Below, one piece after another: positions 24,991 to 38,777 of a stretch of 64,000 nt of DNA. This DNA is from Lama glama (taxonomy: Eukaryota). A program made the position numbers and the translations under genes. The stretch is from positions 10,480,001 through 10,544,000 of the forward strand of contig CM052832.1 in NCBI GenBank assembly GCA_028534125.1, given 5' to 3'. Within the stretch, counting starts at the first letter, position 1. Every line of letters begins with the position of its first letter. The notes beneath the pieces are model-generated. The model was not told the DNA's origin. It ran no database searches and saw only the letters and a program-made list of their open reading frames with translations.

Positions 24991-25989
24991 CTACCAGCTG
25001 CCCTTTAGGAAGGCCCGGCCCCAGGGATGGCAATAAAAGCCCCACCTCTCATACAGGAGTGTGTAATTCTGCACCACAGACGACATGGATGCTTGGAAAT
25101 TCTAAGGAGGAAGATTGCAGCAAGCTCGGGTGGGCAGAAAGCATGTCCTGCTTTGAGGTAGTTTATTAAAAAGCACGGAGCTTGCTTCCTTGTTCCCCCA
25201 CCCCCAGGATTGGCAAGGTTTTCCTCCCACCCTCTCCACTGTGAGCCCATCCTAGGAATTCACATTTCTTCTGTGATAGAGGAAGGTGATTCAGCCAGTT
25301 TCCAGCACCTGGGGAAGGAATCTCCAGCCAACAGGCCATTTTCCCATCCAGATGGGGTGCCCCATCACAGGTGAGATGCCAGTCATGCCAGGACTGAGCG
25401 GAAATGACCTCCGTGCCCTCTGGCCCCCTCCTGAGCTGATAGAACAGAGAGAGGCCAAGTCTGACTCGCTCTGCAGGCTGTCTGGGGGACTGAGCTTTTG
25501 TGTCAGAATAGGAATTTTCCAAGGAATTCTTGGCTGTCCAACCAAGGGACTCTGCTCTCCCCAGCTGCATTTGTGTGCTTCCTTTTTATCTAAAGAGTGT
25601 CCAGGGCTGGCTACTGCTGGTCAAACACTGCATACAAGGTTCAAGGGCAGCTGCCGTGGTCACCAAAGGGACCTCCTAAACCAGAGAGCCACAGAAGGTG
25701 CAAAGGGGTGAGGGGAGGGCAGGCGCAGAGAGGTCTAGAGACAAACAAGCTCACAGGGTAAATCAGCAGAAGGAAAAACCCCAGCCTGCATTTCTGGGTT
25801 CCCAGAGCAGGCCCTGCTCTCCAGAGCGCTTGCTGACCTCCACATTTGCCCTCCCTGGGTGTGACTCAGCCTGGCACTCCCCTGGGACGAGGGGATTGTG
25901 TCCAGTGCTGATCGCCGAGGTTGACTGCGTGCTCACTTAGGTGCCCGGCACTGGGGAAAGTGAATTCTCTTAATCTTAATCCCTTAATT

Positions 25990-26150
25990 CTCTTAAAAGT
26001 GAATTGTCTTAATCCATACAACTTTGTGGGGGATTACTGACATCATCCTCATTTTAAAGATGTGAAAAATGAGGCTAGAAAGATAGGCTGACTTGCTCAA
26101 GACCAACCAGCTAGTAAGTGGCAGGATTGACACTGAAAATGTGAGGAGTA
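25990..26150 (-). mobile_element. MIR SINE
   Basis: catcctcattttaaagatgtgaaaaatgaggct...gacttgctcaagaccaaccagctagtaagtggcag. Confidence 0.75.
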
Positions 26151-27067
26151 GAGGGCGCCTATGGAAAGGGGTAGCTTCAGTTTCATCCAATAAATATTTC
26201 TGGGGCACTTACTGTAGCCAGGCAGCCCATTTATCCATTTGGGATGCAGCAGTGAATAAGACAGATGGGGTCCGAGCCTCACGGAGCCCACAGCTTAATG
26301 GGGTGGATGAGTGTGCCTTCCATGAGAGAGGCATGTCTCCTGTCCAGCTCTGAGTTCCCACAGCGGCTGCAAGACAGGCTGACGCGGGGAGTCACAGGGA
26401 CCAGGCGCGCCGAGGCCCCTGCTCCGACCTCTGGGGAGGAGTCTGGGCGTCTGTATGTCCCATGAACTCTCCAGGTGACTGACCACAGGTGGAGGGCCAC
26501 CGCTGCACAGCAGCCAGGATAGCACTTGAGCAAAGCCAGTGGGAACACGTATCTTAGAGGAAGAATTTGAGGAGTGTTGTGACCACCCAGCTTCCACTTT
26601 TGGAGGAGCAGTGCCCCTCAGGGGGCAGGAGTGGGAGGCAGAAAGGACTGCTGGGGAGACACTAGGCACCTGTCCTCAAGGCTGGCTCAGGTGACAGAAT
26701 GGTGATGGCAGAGTGACAGGTTAATATGAATTAGCTCAAGGTTCCTGGCTGTCATCTGGAAGATTTTATTTATTTATTCCAGTTTCTAAAGAGAGGTCTT
26801 TTGGTAGAGTGCCTTGAGATTTAGGTGTAAAGTTTAAAGCACTAATTAAAATACATAAAACATGGCATGGAGCAATTAGAGTGGCAGGAAGTGGTGTGGA
26901 GAAACCCCATCAGCCCCGAGTGTTTGTGAGGGGGAAGAGTCCAGCTTCTGGGGCAGTAAATGCCTTGCCCCAGACACTGGAGGTCAGAAGTGAAGGGGCA
27001 GTGGGTGTCCAGAGGCCCCCACTGCTCCAAGTTGGATGTTAAGAGATGGTCTATAACCAAAGGAAGT

Positions 27068-27146
27068 CCCAGGCTGAGGGGAGGCAGAGCCCTGCCCTCA
27101 GGGAGCCCAGGCTGAGGGGAGACACAGCCCTGTCTTTAAGGAGTTC
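27068..27146. repeat. Two-unit 38-bp L2-derived minisatellite
   Basis: cccaggctgaggggaggcagagccctgccctcagggag / cccaggctgaggggagacacagccctgtctttaaggag; same unit as in 38645-42790. Confidence 0.8.
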
Positions 27147-27419
27147 TTCTTCAAATGTCTGTGTGCAGTCAGCGTCTGCATATTCACCAGTGTGAAGGAA
27201 GTGGACTTCCAGTGAAGGCATCGGTATGAGCACTTGAAGTTATTCATGGCCCCACTGAAAACTTATGTGTGGAGGCTGGGTCCCAGAGCTTTAATCAGAT
27301 GTGTGTGCTATCCCTTACATATCTATGACTTTATAAACACTTTGTCAAAGAATCTCATTTCAGTGTCTGTCCCTACCAGCTAATGGTCAAAAAGAGACCC
27401 AGAAGGTATGTTTACCAGT

Positions 27420-27590
27420 AATAAAAGCTGATGGTTACAGCTTTGAATCAAGCACCGTTCTCATAACTTCGTATGTCATAACTCATTCAAGCCTTACAAC
27501 AAAACAATCCAATGACATGGCTAATGTTGGCCTGTTTTACACATGGAGGGAACTGAGGCGTAGAACCAGTCATCTGGAAGCCACACTGCT
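27420..27590 (-). mobile_element. MIR SINE
   Basis: taataaaagctga...aactcattcaagccttacaac...ttttacacatggagggaactgaggc. Confidence 0.65.
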
Positions 27591-28049
27591 GCCTTTATGT
27601 GCTCTCAACAAATAACTGAACTTTTGAACATGTTGAGGGCTTCCATTTTGATAACTGGATCTCTATTTGATATTTTCATTTGTACAAGTCACCTGCAAGC
27701 TGGAAATTATTTTTCAGTGCCAGCCCCTAACGTATCATGGTAAGTTCACTTCCATTGCATCTTAGTGAGAGGCCAGTTTGGGTGCCAACTGGAAAGTGCT
27801 GATCCCAGCGCCCTGGCACGAAGCATGGCGCTACCTGAGGGTGCCGTGTGAGCCGAACCCTGCCGGGCACCCCACACACCCTGAGGACTTGGCAACTGGA
27901 AGTGTGCAGACCTACCCCCGGGAATGGCATCTTCAGTTTGTGCCACAGGAAGTCAGAGTCCAGGGTCCAGGCACCGGCTCCCGTGTGACCTGGGAGAAGC
28001 CTCTCTACCTGTCTGGGCCCGAGCCCCCATCCGAGTGCTGGAGGGCTGC

Positions 28050-28175
28050 ACGCAGGGTCATGGGAGGCAGCTGTTTCAAAAGGGGGATTCCTGAGGCCCG
28101 GCCCTGGGGTTTCTGATTCAGCAGGTTCTGCATGGGGTCCACACAGTGATCGAAGACTCACAACCACTTCAGTAA
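28050..28175. mobile_element. MER5A-like fragment
   Basis: gattcctgaggccc...tttctgattcagcaggttctgcatgggg...accacttcagtaac. Confidence 0.55.
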
Positions 28176-28229
28176 CAGTAAAGTGAGAGTCCTAACGCCT
28201 CCTGGCGCAGACATCAGCGGCTAGCGTTG

Positions 28230-28420
28230 CTGGAGTACTGCCCGTGGAGCAGGCCCTGTGCCGAGTGCTCTGCATCACAACGACCTGTGCTGCTGATGCT
28301 ACTGCATCCTCTCTGCGAGATGAGGAGACAGACTTCGGGAGGTGGAGGTGCTTTCCAAGGTCACCAGCCAGGGAGTACCATCGCTGGGACTTGTATGCAG
28401 ACGATACAACTTCAGTGCCT
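28230..28420 (-). mobile_element. MIR SINE
   Basis: gagtactgcccgtggagcaggccctgtgccgagtgct...gatgaggagacagac...ccaaggtcacc. Confidence 0.6.
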
Positions 28421-28449
28421 GCATCTGTACCCATTACGCTAGTCTATCA

Positions 28450-28965
28450 CCTTTCTTGTTCAGCCAACTGCCCCGCCCTCTCCCCGGTCCTGCTGGATGG
28501 GCAGCATGACTGTGTTACAGCCGCTTGTGCCAGGGCTGGGCAAGTGTCTCATACCAGCCACCGGACTGGCCGACCAACAATAAACCAGAGAGTTTTGCCT
28601 GAGAGTGCATACAGAGACACTGAGATGAGGCTGAATCCGCTTGGCTGGTGTTGGGACCTGGAGTGATAAGGTCAGAATTGGGGCTAGAGATAGCGCATGG
28701 CACCTCAAAGATGTGTTGACACTGAATTTATAGGAAACTTTTCAGAGGAGGCTGGTTTGCAGAGAGGGGAGTGGAGCGGATGGACAGAGAGAAGAGAGAC
28801 CGAGATGAGAAACAGAAGAGTTTCTGGATGCCTTTCCAGGCCCCCTGAGACCAGCCTGCACTACCCAAAGGGAGGATCCAAGACCTTCACTTATGTCTTT
28901 GTAATAAATCCCCTCTGCTTAAGCTACCTCGGTGGGTTTCTGATCCTAACAGTGAGTTATTCTTA
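28450..28965 (+). mobile_element. Ancient ERVL/MaLR-type LTR, family uncertain
   Basis: 3' end aataaatcccctctgcttaagctacctcggtgggtttctg typical of old LTR R/U5. Confidence 0.5.
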
Positions 28966-29149
28966 AAATACTTGTCCTGACTTCCCCGTAAAAGTTTTTG
29001 GGATCAAATCAGATCATGTATTTGAAAGGGCTCAGTGGCCTAGAAGGAACTGCAGCAATTAGGAAATATCTGGGAAACAGTTCTAAGCTTAAATATAATC
29101 AATGGATTGCTGCAAGGAGAACTCAGAGGCCGGAGGACTTACCGCAGGA

Positions 29150-30115
29150 CAGTTTTAATTAAGGGAGCTCTACAAAGGCAGGGGTTGGCCACAGAGATTT
29201 GTGGGAGGTGTATGATATGGATGGCAAGAGAAAAAAGACCCTCCAGGCAGAGGAAACAGCATGAGCAACATGGGCAGAAGGTGTGAAGGGTGAGGGGATA
29301 GCAAGGGGGCTGCAATGGCTGCTGTCCAGCAGGGACAAATTGGGGAACTCTGGTGAGTGGACTTTTTTTGTATATGCTGGGTACTAGGAAGCCATTGGAG
29401 TTAAAGATCAAAGGGATCTGATGGGTTGGTTGGAACGGAGAAAGGAGAGATCACTTAAAGTCAGTGTAGTTTCAGGGAGTGTGGAAAAGCATTCAGAGAG
29501 ATATTTCATGAATGAAGAGTCCCAGGCCTAGGTCATAGGTTGGACATGGGTCACTCGTTCATTCAACAAGCTTGGATGGGCACCTGCTATGCTGACACTG
29601 TTTCAACAGAGCTAATCTGGAAGGAATGAAAGAAGCGTGGTTTTTGCCTCTTGCAGCCTGGTTAGGGGTTAGGGGGATGGACGTTAATACAACAATGACG
29701 CTAATCATTACAAGATCACAGATGGTGAGAAGAACCTGCTGCAGGGGCTTGACCAAACTGGGAAGAGGACAGAGGTGCATCAGGGAAGGCTTCCCTGAGG
29801 AAATGAGGCTTTCCCTGAGATGCAAAGTCTGAGCAGTTTTCTAGGTGATGAGTAAATAGAAAAGACATTCCAAGTTGTGAGAATAAAGGCCAGGATATGG
29901 TTGGAACACAGAGCAAGAAGTTTGGAGGGGTGGAGGCCTTCGTGAGAGAAGAGGCTGAGAAGGCAGGTGGGGCCTTCAAACCCAATGAAAGATTTTCGTC
30001 CTTATCCTAAAAGCAATAGGAAAGAGCCACAGGAGCATGTGGTCAGGGAGGGACATGATTGGATTTGTGAGGTTTGAAGTTTGCTTTGCAGGAAATGTGG
30101 AAAACAGGTGGGAGT
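29150..30115 (-). mobile_element. L2 fragments, two adjacent pieces
   Basis: ccaggcagaggaaacagcatgagcaa; cattcaacaag...cacctgctatg; cagggaaggcttccctgaggaa; ttatcctaaaagcaataggaa. Confidence 0.75.
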
Positions 30116-30729
30116 GGATCAAAAGAGAATTCTGTGGAGCCAGTTAAGGGGCTTTGGCTGTAAGCATTGGAAACCAACCCTGATTATCTCAGGTGCAAAT
30201 GAACTGACTGAGACTAGGGGACTCAGAACAGAAGGCTCTTGGGACCCAGGTGACTGGTTTGAGTTTAGGCCCCCAACACTCTTTCCCCTTCTAACCCTGT
30301 CCTTGGGGCTCTCACATGCAGGGGACATGGCTGACAGCTGCTTTGGGGTCATATCTTTACATTTGCTACCAGGAAAAAAAAAATTCAGGGGAAGCTCTGA
30401 TTGGGTGACATGCATACATTGGCGTCTAATTGCTATGATTTGGAGATGCGCTTGTGGGGGAGTTCCTGGGGTTGACAGCCCCATAAAAAGCAGATGGAGT
30501 CTGGGAAGAGCAAATCTCCAAAGGAAATGGTGAAGGACAGGAGGATCTGCTACCAGAAAGTGGTAGAAGGGACATGGCACAGATGAAGCAGAAACAGATG
30601 TGTAATGCAGACATTATTGCAATTATCTAGATGGGGAAGAGCCCCCAAAATGGTTTCATTTTTGGAGGATGGGAAATAAAGAAAGGAGACTTAAAGTCTA
30701 AATTACCACATGCCAGATAATTAGGTCAT

Positions 30730-30900
30730 TTTCCTTATCTTCACTATAGCCCCATGATCTAAGACTCATTTCACAGATGAGAAAGCTGAGGCTCAGAAGA
30801 GCTGGGGCTGCTTGCCTGAGATCACACATCCAGTGACAGAGCTGAGTTGATCCTGGACTTTGGGGTTGATAACCCTCGTGCTTTCTTGTACCCCATGTGT
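30730..30900 (-). mobile_element. MIR SINE
   Basis: catttcacagatgagaaagctgaggctcagaag...cttgcctgagatcacac. Confidence 0.8.
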
Positions 30901-31629
30901 ATTCTTCCTGGGAAGTGAGTTTGGGAGAAGAAAATAGCATTGGCTGTTGACCCTGACTTTCTAATCATGGGGATGCCAGAGAGAACAGCTTTAGAGACAG
31001 CTTAAAACCCAGGCTGCCAGAGAGGGCAGGGGTTCAGGCCAGGTGTGGAGTTGAGTGGGCATCCCGCAGACTCCAAGGCACGTGGGTCCAGCATTAACAC
31101 GGGTCCCTGCAGGCCTTCTCCCTCCACTCTCCGCCCTTCCCCCTGGATGCACTTACACGACTTGTCCGCCTTCTGCTGATCTTCTAATTAACAAAACAGC
31201 CAACTGCTTGATTTTTTTCTTTCAAATTCATATTTTAGGAAAAGAAGCAAGGTTTTGCACAGGTTTGTCTGATTGCTGGATTAGCAGGCGCCTTCCAACT
31301 TCTTAATCCTTATTTAATTTCTAGATAACCTGGTTCAGCTCAACACAGCCTGCACCTAGGAACCTCAGGAGAAAGGCTGCATTTCAGGAGTTAAGCACCA
31401 GCATTGTGTTTATTCTTTAATGTGACCAAATCGTGCCTTGTCTGTAATGAGAGGGATAGGCGCTCACAAAGCACTGTGCTGCCAGGTACAGAACTCAAAG
31501 AGCAGAGTCTGAAGCTTGGAAATAATGCCGCAGAGAGACGGAGTGGGGCCTGGGCTCGGGAATTGGGCCAGGGTGAGAGTGTGAGCGGATTAAAGATCTG
31601 TGAGCCCCAGGCTGAAGCAGAGACTCAAC

Positions 31630-32045
31630 ACAGCCAGGGTCCAGGCAGGAAACCGGGTAATTTGAAGAGTTGAATAAAGGGTCCCTTTAGAGGAGAGGGC
31701 AGGATGCAGGAAGACCACAAGGGATGATGCAGTAGCCCAGGCTAGTGACAGCAGGCCCCCCTCCCCCCGCCCAGATCTGAAAGGCTAGCCAGAGGTCAGT
31801 CACTGGGCGCCGAAGGCAGAGCGAGTTGTGTGGGGAGGACCACCCTACAGGTGGGGCCTGGGGGATGAGCCCACCCTCTCCCTCCCCTGATCTCTTGCTG
31901 GTGGTCTTTGTTGGCCAAACCCAACTGGAAGCCAGGGGGCGAGGAACCCACTGAGGGGTCCCACAAACAGTAGCCTCCTGGGGTGCAGACAGGTGAGGTT
32001 GGCAGGGAGCAGATATGGAGGGGCAAGCAAAAGATGCCCAGCTCT
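31630..32045 (-). mobile_element. LTR33-like ERVL LTR
   Basis: caggaaaccgggtaatttgaagagttgaataaaggg...ctgatctcttgctggt...ttggccaaacccaactggaagccagggg; reverse complement of the 745 and 20670 copies. Confidence 0.7.
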
Positions 32046-34139
32046 GCTCTCTGGGGTCATCCTTGGCTGCGGGCTAAGAAGAAAGAGCAGTGGGTGGGTG
32101 ATGTGGGGGCCAGGCTCAGCCTCAGTCTTTGCTGTCTGAGCCTGGCCTCCCTGTTTCCTGACACCCAGTCTTGCCGGCTGTGTTTTCATGCCCTTTCTCT
32201 CTCTCCTTACCCTCAAAGCTCACTTGTCTTTTGGGGCTTACGAGGTAAAGGGAACTGGTCTGACAGATTGAACCTGGTTTAAGTGTGTTTCCCCTCCCTG
32301 TTCATATGAGAAAGAGCAACACTCAGCCTCTCAGACCTGCCTCAGACCTCAGAGGAGTCTGGACACAGCTCCCCTGAGGATGGGAAGCATACGCCTGTTC
32401 CAGGAGGGCCAGGCCTGCCTCGCCTTGGCTCCCATCTTTTCCAGGATCTGAGGATCTGTGGGCTTGGGGCAACTTCTGGTCATGCTACCCCCTCAACTCC
32501 TTGACTCTTTCACAATTTAGTGAGTTCCTGTCCTGTCTTCTAGGAAGCCTTTCCTGGTTATCCCACCTACGTCATTTGCCCCTACTCGCCCCTCATCATT
32601 CATAGATTCAGGTTATTCCTGGATATGGCTCCTGCAGTGTGGGTTCTCGGTCCCCTGGACTGATCACTCCCAGGATGGTAACTGTGGCATGTCCCCCAGC
32701 TCTCCCTGCATCAGTGCACCAGCTTAGTCAACATCTGATAAATATGTGTAACCACATGAAGACTCATCTGCCCAGACTCCAGAGAAACATTGCTGAGAAT
32801 TATACGTAATATATTCAGGGTCCATGGCTCTGGGAACAGAGACCATTGAACCAGGGTCCTGCTAGGATTTTGGAAGCTGAGATTGTTAGACTTGGAAAGA
32901 AGCAAAGAAATCATCTAGCCCCAGACTTTGCACTAGTTTTTAGCTACAGAATCTTTCATTTCCCACAAACATAACCTTTCGTGGATTCCAATAGATAAAG
33001 AGATAAATAGCAACTGTTTTGATTGAAGAGGTATAGGGATTGGGGCTCCATCACTCAGCCTCAGATGATCCAAGGATTCCATGTGACACAGGCTAAAGCC
33101 TCAAATTGTCCAACCCCAGCCATGAACACTGAGACTGCAAGGGGGGGACTCGCCTGAGCCGTTTCCTGGCAGAGGAGAAACTGGTGTTCCCAGGCAGGTG
33201 TCCTGTCCCTCTCTCCTGGCCTCCTCTGGACATCCTCACAAGTCACTGCCCAGGGTCAGGTTTGTCTCCCTCAATCATCTTTGGCCAGCCCTCTCTCCTG
33301 TCTACCAGACATGCCCCAAGAAGCCAGGTCTGTGGGGCGCAGAGCACAGCCTGTGAGGCTGGGCCAGGCTGGTGGGCAGTGCTGGACAGCTGGCATCTCC
33401 TGACTTACCCCAGCCCTTTAAGACCCAACTGCCAAGCAGCCCAGGGCTTCGGGTCACAAAGGGCCCAGGCCAGTTCCTCTCCTGTCCTTAGATGGGCACC
33501 TCCTCCCTCAGCCCTCCCGGGAGCCTCATGGTGACCTGGCGGCTGGGGCCAGTCCACACTCCCACTTCCTGCATGGAGTGGCATTAGCATGCAGGGCCAG
33601 GGCTGGCTGGTTCCTCATATTATTTGCACAGGTTAAGTATTCCTGATAAGGCTTCTCAAATCAGAGGGCTGAAATGAACTTAATTAGAACTTGGAATACT
33701 CAAGGTAGAGATAAAGGCCTCTGAAACAACAAACGGGGGAATTGGAGAGGAGGATGGGAGAGAGAAAAGGAGAGGGTGAGGGAAGCTGGTCCCATGCCAA
33801 GATGAAACCCTGTCTTGTGCAGAAGAGGAGACCGGAGCTGCGTTGTGCTTGTCGCCCCCACAAAGTTCTCTCACCAGACTCAGCCTCAGATCATCTCCCT
33901 GTCACGTGGGTAGAGGGTCCATATTCGGGGCACAAGCAGCCCAAGAATGAGGAGGGGGCTGGGCGGCAGGAGGAGGAAAGGGAATCTGGCATTTATTAAA
34001 AGTTGGAAGGACCAACAGCCTCCTCCCTTCCAGGGCTCATGATTGCCTCCAGTTTCAGGGAGGAGATGGTGGATGAGAGGGTAGGAGGAGGAAGGAGTTC
34101 TCTTGAATTCTTTCAGTTTTTCAAGTTAGATCTATCCTG

Positions 34140-34585
34140 TCACCCTCCGACTCCCAAACTTCCTGGAGCCCGAGTCCCCGTAGATGCACATTTAGATGGA
34201 CAACTAGGACACACTGCCATTCCAACTATAGCAGGGGTGGCTGGTGGCCCACCAATGTCCATGCACACCATGGCCCCTGTGCAGGGCAGGCTGGAAGTGA
34301 CTGGAAGGTAAGGATGGAGGCAGCTTTCAGCCTATGACCCATGAGAGCTGGGGGATTAGCTCCCCAGCTTCCTTGCTTCTTGGTGGAACGACCCACAGGT
34401 ATGTTCACACAGATCCCCGAGGTCCCTAATGGTCCCCAGTGGCTGAACCCCAGTAGCCCACAGTGGCACCTATTCAACAGCACACCCTTTTTTTCCTGGT
34501 GCTTCCTGGGCTTATGACCCCAGTAACTACTTGCATTCAAATCCTTATTTCAGGATTCTCTTTGAAAGACCCAATCAAAGATGCT
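34140..34585 (+). mobile_element. LTR16-like ERVL LTR
   Basis: 3' end aactacttgcattcaaatccttatttcagg...gacccaatcaaagatg. Confidence 0.55.
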
Positions 34586-36759
34586 TAGGGTAAACTATCT
34601 TCAAAGACAAAGGCTGGACTTCTCTCTCCCCACCTCAATTTTTCCTTTGGCCTGCACGGCAAATTCATGGCTCCTACATTTCTCCCATCTCACATCCTGA
34701 CCAGAGCTGAGCATCCTCCTCCTCCTCACAGGACAAAGAACGAAACTGAGGCCCTGAGAGGGTGAGTTACTTGCCCAAAGTCACTGAGAGAGAACTAAAA
34801 CACAGATCTGCTGATTTCATTCTTCGGGCAGGAACAGCCTCCTCCAGTTTCCTAATAAAACCGGATATCTCACTAAGGACAATCATCCTTTACTCTTATT
34901 GAGGGATTTACAGTTGGTAATACCTATTTAGTTTGTGATGGGGATCCAATTTAACAAATACGCAATCAATGTGTTTTAATTTTCTCACTAAATTGCATTC
35001 TCATGCAACCTTCCTTCTCCAAGGCTGAGCCGTGAGTTTATCATCATCGCAAGGGAGACGGTGGGTTTGCTTTGAGCAGAGACTCCATGGTCTCCAGGCC
35101 CCTGGAGAACCAAGTAGAGTTTACATCGTGGCTCACGCACTGTGACCCCTGACAGATGACTCCTCCGTACTGAGGCCTCTTCATCTGCTCCCAGGGGCTG
35201 GGCCGGTGCCTCCTTTGCAGAGCAGCTTAAGAAGACAGTGTCTGGGGCAGAGTACACGCCTCTCACAAGTTAGCAGGCCTGGAGGATGTCCATAGGGCTT
35301 TACACAGAAGGCAACCATCAGAATGGGAGCCCATTCCTTCCTGTCCTGGGTGTCTAGGGGGATGAGGAAGCTGGAAATGGGTAGGTAAGCAGTAAGACCT
35401 GCATCTCGTCTTTCTCCAGGCTGAACTCCCCAAGGAGAAAGGCATGCTAGGTTCACGGAGGAGACACTGAGAGCAGAGAAGATTCTGGTTTCCTTCTCAT
35501 TTGGGGCTTGAGGAGGTCATTCCCTCCCAGGCTGCTCCTGCCCCGATGAGGGGTGGCTGCACTGAAGGCAAGGAGGTGCTTGTAAGTAAGGTTAGGGGAG
35601 GGAGGGCATGAGTTTGGGTCTCCAAGTGCCCCCTTGCTCCTATCTGCCTGGACATTTCTGCTTGCCCTGAAGTTATGTGAGTCTGGTTGGAGAGATTGTC
35701 ATAGGGTTCAGAGAAGGCTGCAGGACAGGACCTCAGAGGGTCCTCAGCATGATCAAGAGGCAAAATGGGACCAGTTTTATTTGGAGTGCTAGGGTGGCCC
35801 AGCCCTGATGGAGGGGAGAAAGAACAGGAGGCTAGCAGCCTCGCCCATTGGCCATGGAAGGCCTGCCAATCACTTAGGGTAGAACACACTACCCCATCTT
35901 GCTGGGCACCAACCCGCACACACCCAGGGGCTGGCTTGAGGCCAGATGTGCCCTTCTCTCCCAGTGCCATGCAAGCCACCGCCCACCCACATGGGTGCCA
36001 TCCTGGAGGGCAGGAAGGAAAGAGGTTGAAACCCGAGAGATCAGTACTTTGTCCACAAGAAACTGCACGATTCCTTTAGAAGACTAAGTTATTGAATTAG
36101 ACCTAGATTACAATACTGGGCTAAAGCTTCGTTTCTCCCCTCCCTCTTTACCCACAGAATGGGAGCACAGGAGAGCGCTGCAACAGCAGGTAGAAAATAA
36201 AGGAAAGGGGTTTCTCGCACATCTGAGCACACTGAGTACCTCTGTGACCCTGACACACGTGTATTATCTTGTCTGATTCCCCATGTGTGCTGGCGAACAG
36301 CCATCACTGCGGGTCAGTTTAGAGTGTCCATATGGTCTGTAATGACAGAGGCCATGGTGGCATGCCCAGAATCATCTCTATTATTACTATTTCCACTGCC
36401 AGAGGCTCCAGAAGCCTTTGGCTCCTCCTGCTAGCAAGTCCCTCTGTGCTAGGCTCTCAGCTGGGCTGTTTGGTGAGGAATTGAAGGTAGATGCAGCAAA
36501 ACTCAGGGAAACAGCTTAGGCTTTGCAAACACCCAGACTGGACCTGGGTTGAAACCCCAGCTGTATGACCCTGTGGAAGCAACCTGGCCTCTCTCAACTA
36601 TAAAAATGTTGATAATGTTAAGTCCACAGTTTGGATGTGAGAGTTAGAGGTGCAGGTAGCATAGTAGGTACTCAAATGGTAGCAAGTTTTAGAATGAGTG
36701 AGTGAGTGAATGGGTCATTTGCTGAGATGAGCACACATGCATGGATTCTGCACTGAAAG

Positions 36760-37025
36760 GCAGTATAACGTAGCATTTAAGAGTTAGGGCTAAAGCCAAA
36801 TGGCCCACGTTCAAATCCTGGCTTGGTCACTTACTTGCTATAGAACTCTGGAAAATTTACTTAACTCTCTAGACCTTAGCTCCTTCATGTGTACAATGGG
36901 CAGGAGGAGAGTGATACCCACGGAGTGGGGCTGCTGTGAGGATTAAAGGAGTTCATGTGTGCAAACCTCCCCCAGCAGCAGAGACTGGCACAGATCAAGT
37001 GCACCATAAAAGCTCCTCTTTATGA
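36760..37025 (+). mobile_element. Near full-length MIR SINE
   Basis: ggcagtataacgtag...gttcaaatcctggct...cacttacttgct...tttacttaactctct...gctgtgaggattaaa...ctggcacag. Confidence 0.85.
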
Positions 37026-37494
37026 TGATGATGATGTGCTAACAGCTGCCATGCCACTCCATCCCTGTGCCTGGCACTGTACTAGGCCCCGTGGAGGATA
37101 TGAGAAGCATAAGAAAGGACATCGGCCTCAAGGAGCTTGTTGAGGAGGCCAGATGCGCATCCTGAAGCAAGCATGCTCAGGCCTGCATGTGGGCAAGAGT
37201 GACGTGAATGTAAGCAAGGGCCCAGGGGACATGCAGACAGCAGATGCCACCAGGAGCAGAGGAGCAGGCGGAAGGAGGCTCGAGGCACTGGGCAAGGCTC
37301 AGCAGAAATGATGCCGACGTGCGCTTGAAGGACAGACCGGGGTGCTAGCCAGCCTCCACCCACCCAGCGTCTCATTGCTGTCTGCCACCACGGAGGCACC
37401 TAAGAGTTAAGCCAGAGGTGTGTAATAGACACGGGCTGCCTGGGAGTCCAGACACCAGGGGCCTTTTTCTCTGCTTCATCTTTTGAAGAAAAGA

Positions 37495-37701
37495 CGTGGG
37501 GCAGTTCGAGATTTGCAGATACTAACTACTATATATGGAATAGATAAACTTCTACTGCATAGCACAGGGAACTATATTATCTTGTAGTAACCTACAGTGA
37601 GAATATGAAAAGGAATATATGTACATGCATGACTGAAACACTATGCTGTACACCAGAAATTGACACAACATCTTAAACTGACTATACTTCAATAAAAAAA
37701 T
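37495..37701 (+). mobile_element. Camelid-type L1 3' end inserted in a MIR
   Basis: gttcgagatttgcagatactaactactatata...tgctgtacaccagaaattgacacaac...cttcaataaaaaaa; TSD agaaaaga at 37487-37494 and 37702-37709; MIR core resumes after it. Confidence 0.9.
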
Positions 37702-38777
37702 AGAAAAGAGGCTTGGGACAATCACTTGTCTCTCTGAGGCTCAGTTTCCTTAAAATAGGAATAACTGTACCTATCCTTTCAGCCTCACGGACTGTAGCCA
37801 GGCTAAAATCAACCAAGAAGGGACCAGAGGGGTTGCTACAATCTTAGTGTGACTTAGCCAATGTGTTAACTGCCAGTCCTTGGAACCACTGGGAAGACTC
37901 AAGGTGGATTCTCTAAAGGAGAAGTTGAGGTTCTTTCACCCCTGCCTGGGGAGGGGACAGTCATATCACACAGGCTTAGAGTCTCCGAGATTTTGAGTTT
38001 TAATTTCCCCAAAGGCTTGACATTAACCGTGGGGCAAGTAGCTGGCATCTGAATCTTTCCTCCGCCCAGACGTCAGGGATGGTGAGGACAGAAGCATCAA
38101 GCTCTAAGCTCCTTAGGGGCATATACTGAAATCCAAGCTTGTTTGTTGGGTGGTGACCTTTCTTCTCTGACCCTGGGATGCTGGCCTGGGGGATCCCGTC
38201 TGCTCCCCCTTCCCTATGTCCACCCATCTCTGATCACCACCTCCACCCTGTCTTCCTCTCTGCTCACACCAACCCAGAAATGAGACGTAATCACCTTCCG
38301 TCCTGCTCTGCATTGTGATAAATAGTATGCTTCTGAGAAAGAGAAAAAATCGAGCATGTAAAATATTGAGCTGCTCAGAAATATTCATGAGGTTTTTATA
38401 CATGCATTAGACTTTTCCCTCCAGGTTGAAGGCCACCTGCTAGAACTTAGCCACTACTTGGCCTTTCTTTCTGTTTTTCCTCCCTGTGTTTATGATTTTT
38501 CACAACATTCAGATTGAAAGACTGAAAATAATCATCAGTAGGACTTGGAGGGGGCTATGCTGAGCTCATTGACAAGGGCCTACAGATGGAAGGATTTTGA
38601 GATGGACTGCCCTACGGAATGCCTCCAGGCACGGAGGTGGGTGAAGACACAGCTCTGCCCTCAGGTCCCCACTCTGATGGGGAGAAAATCCAGTCCAGGG
38701 AGACACAGCCCTGTCTTCAGGGAGCCCCAGTCTGAGGGGGGACACAGTCCAGCCTTGAGGGACCCCCAGCATAAAGG

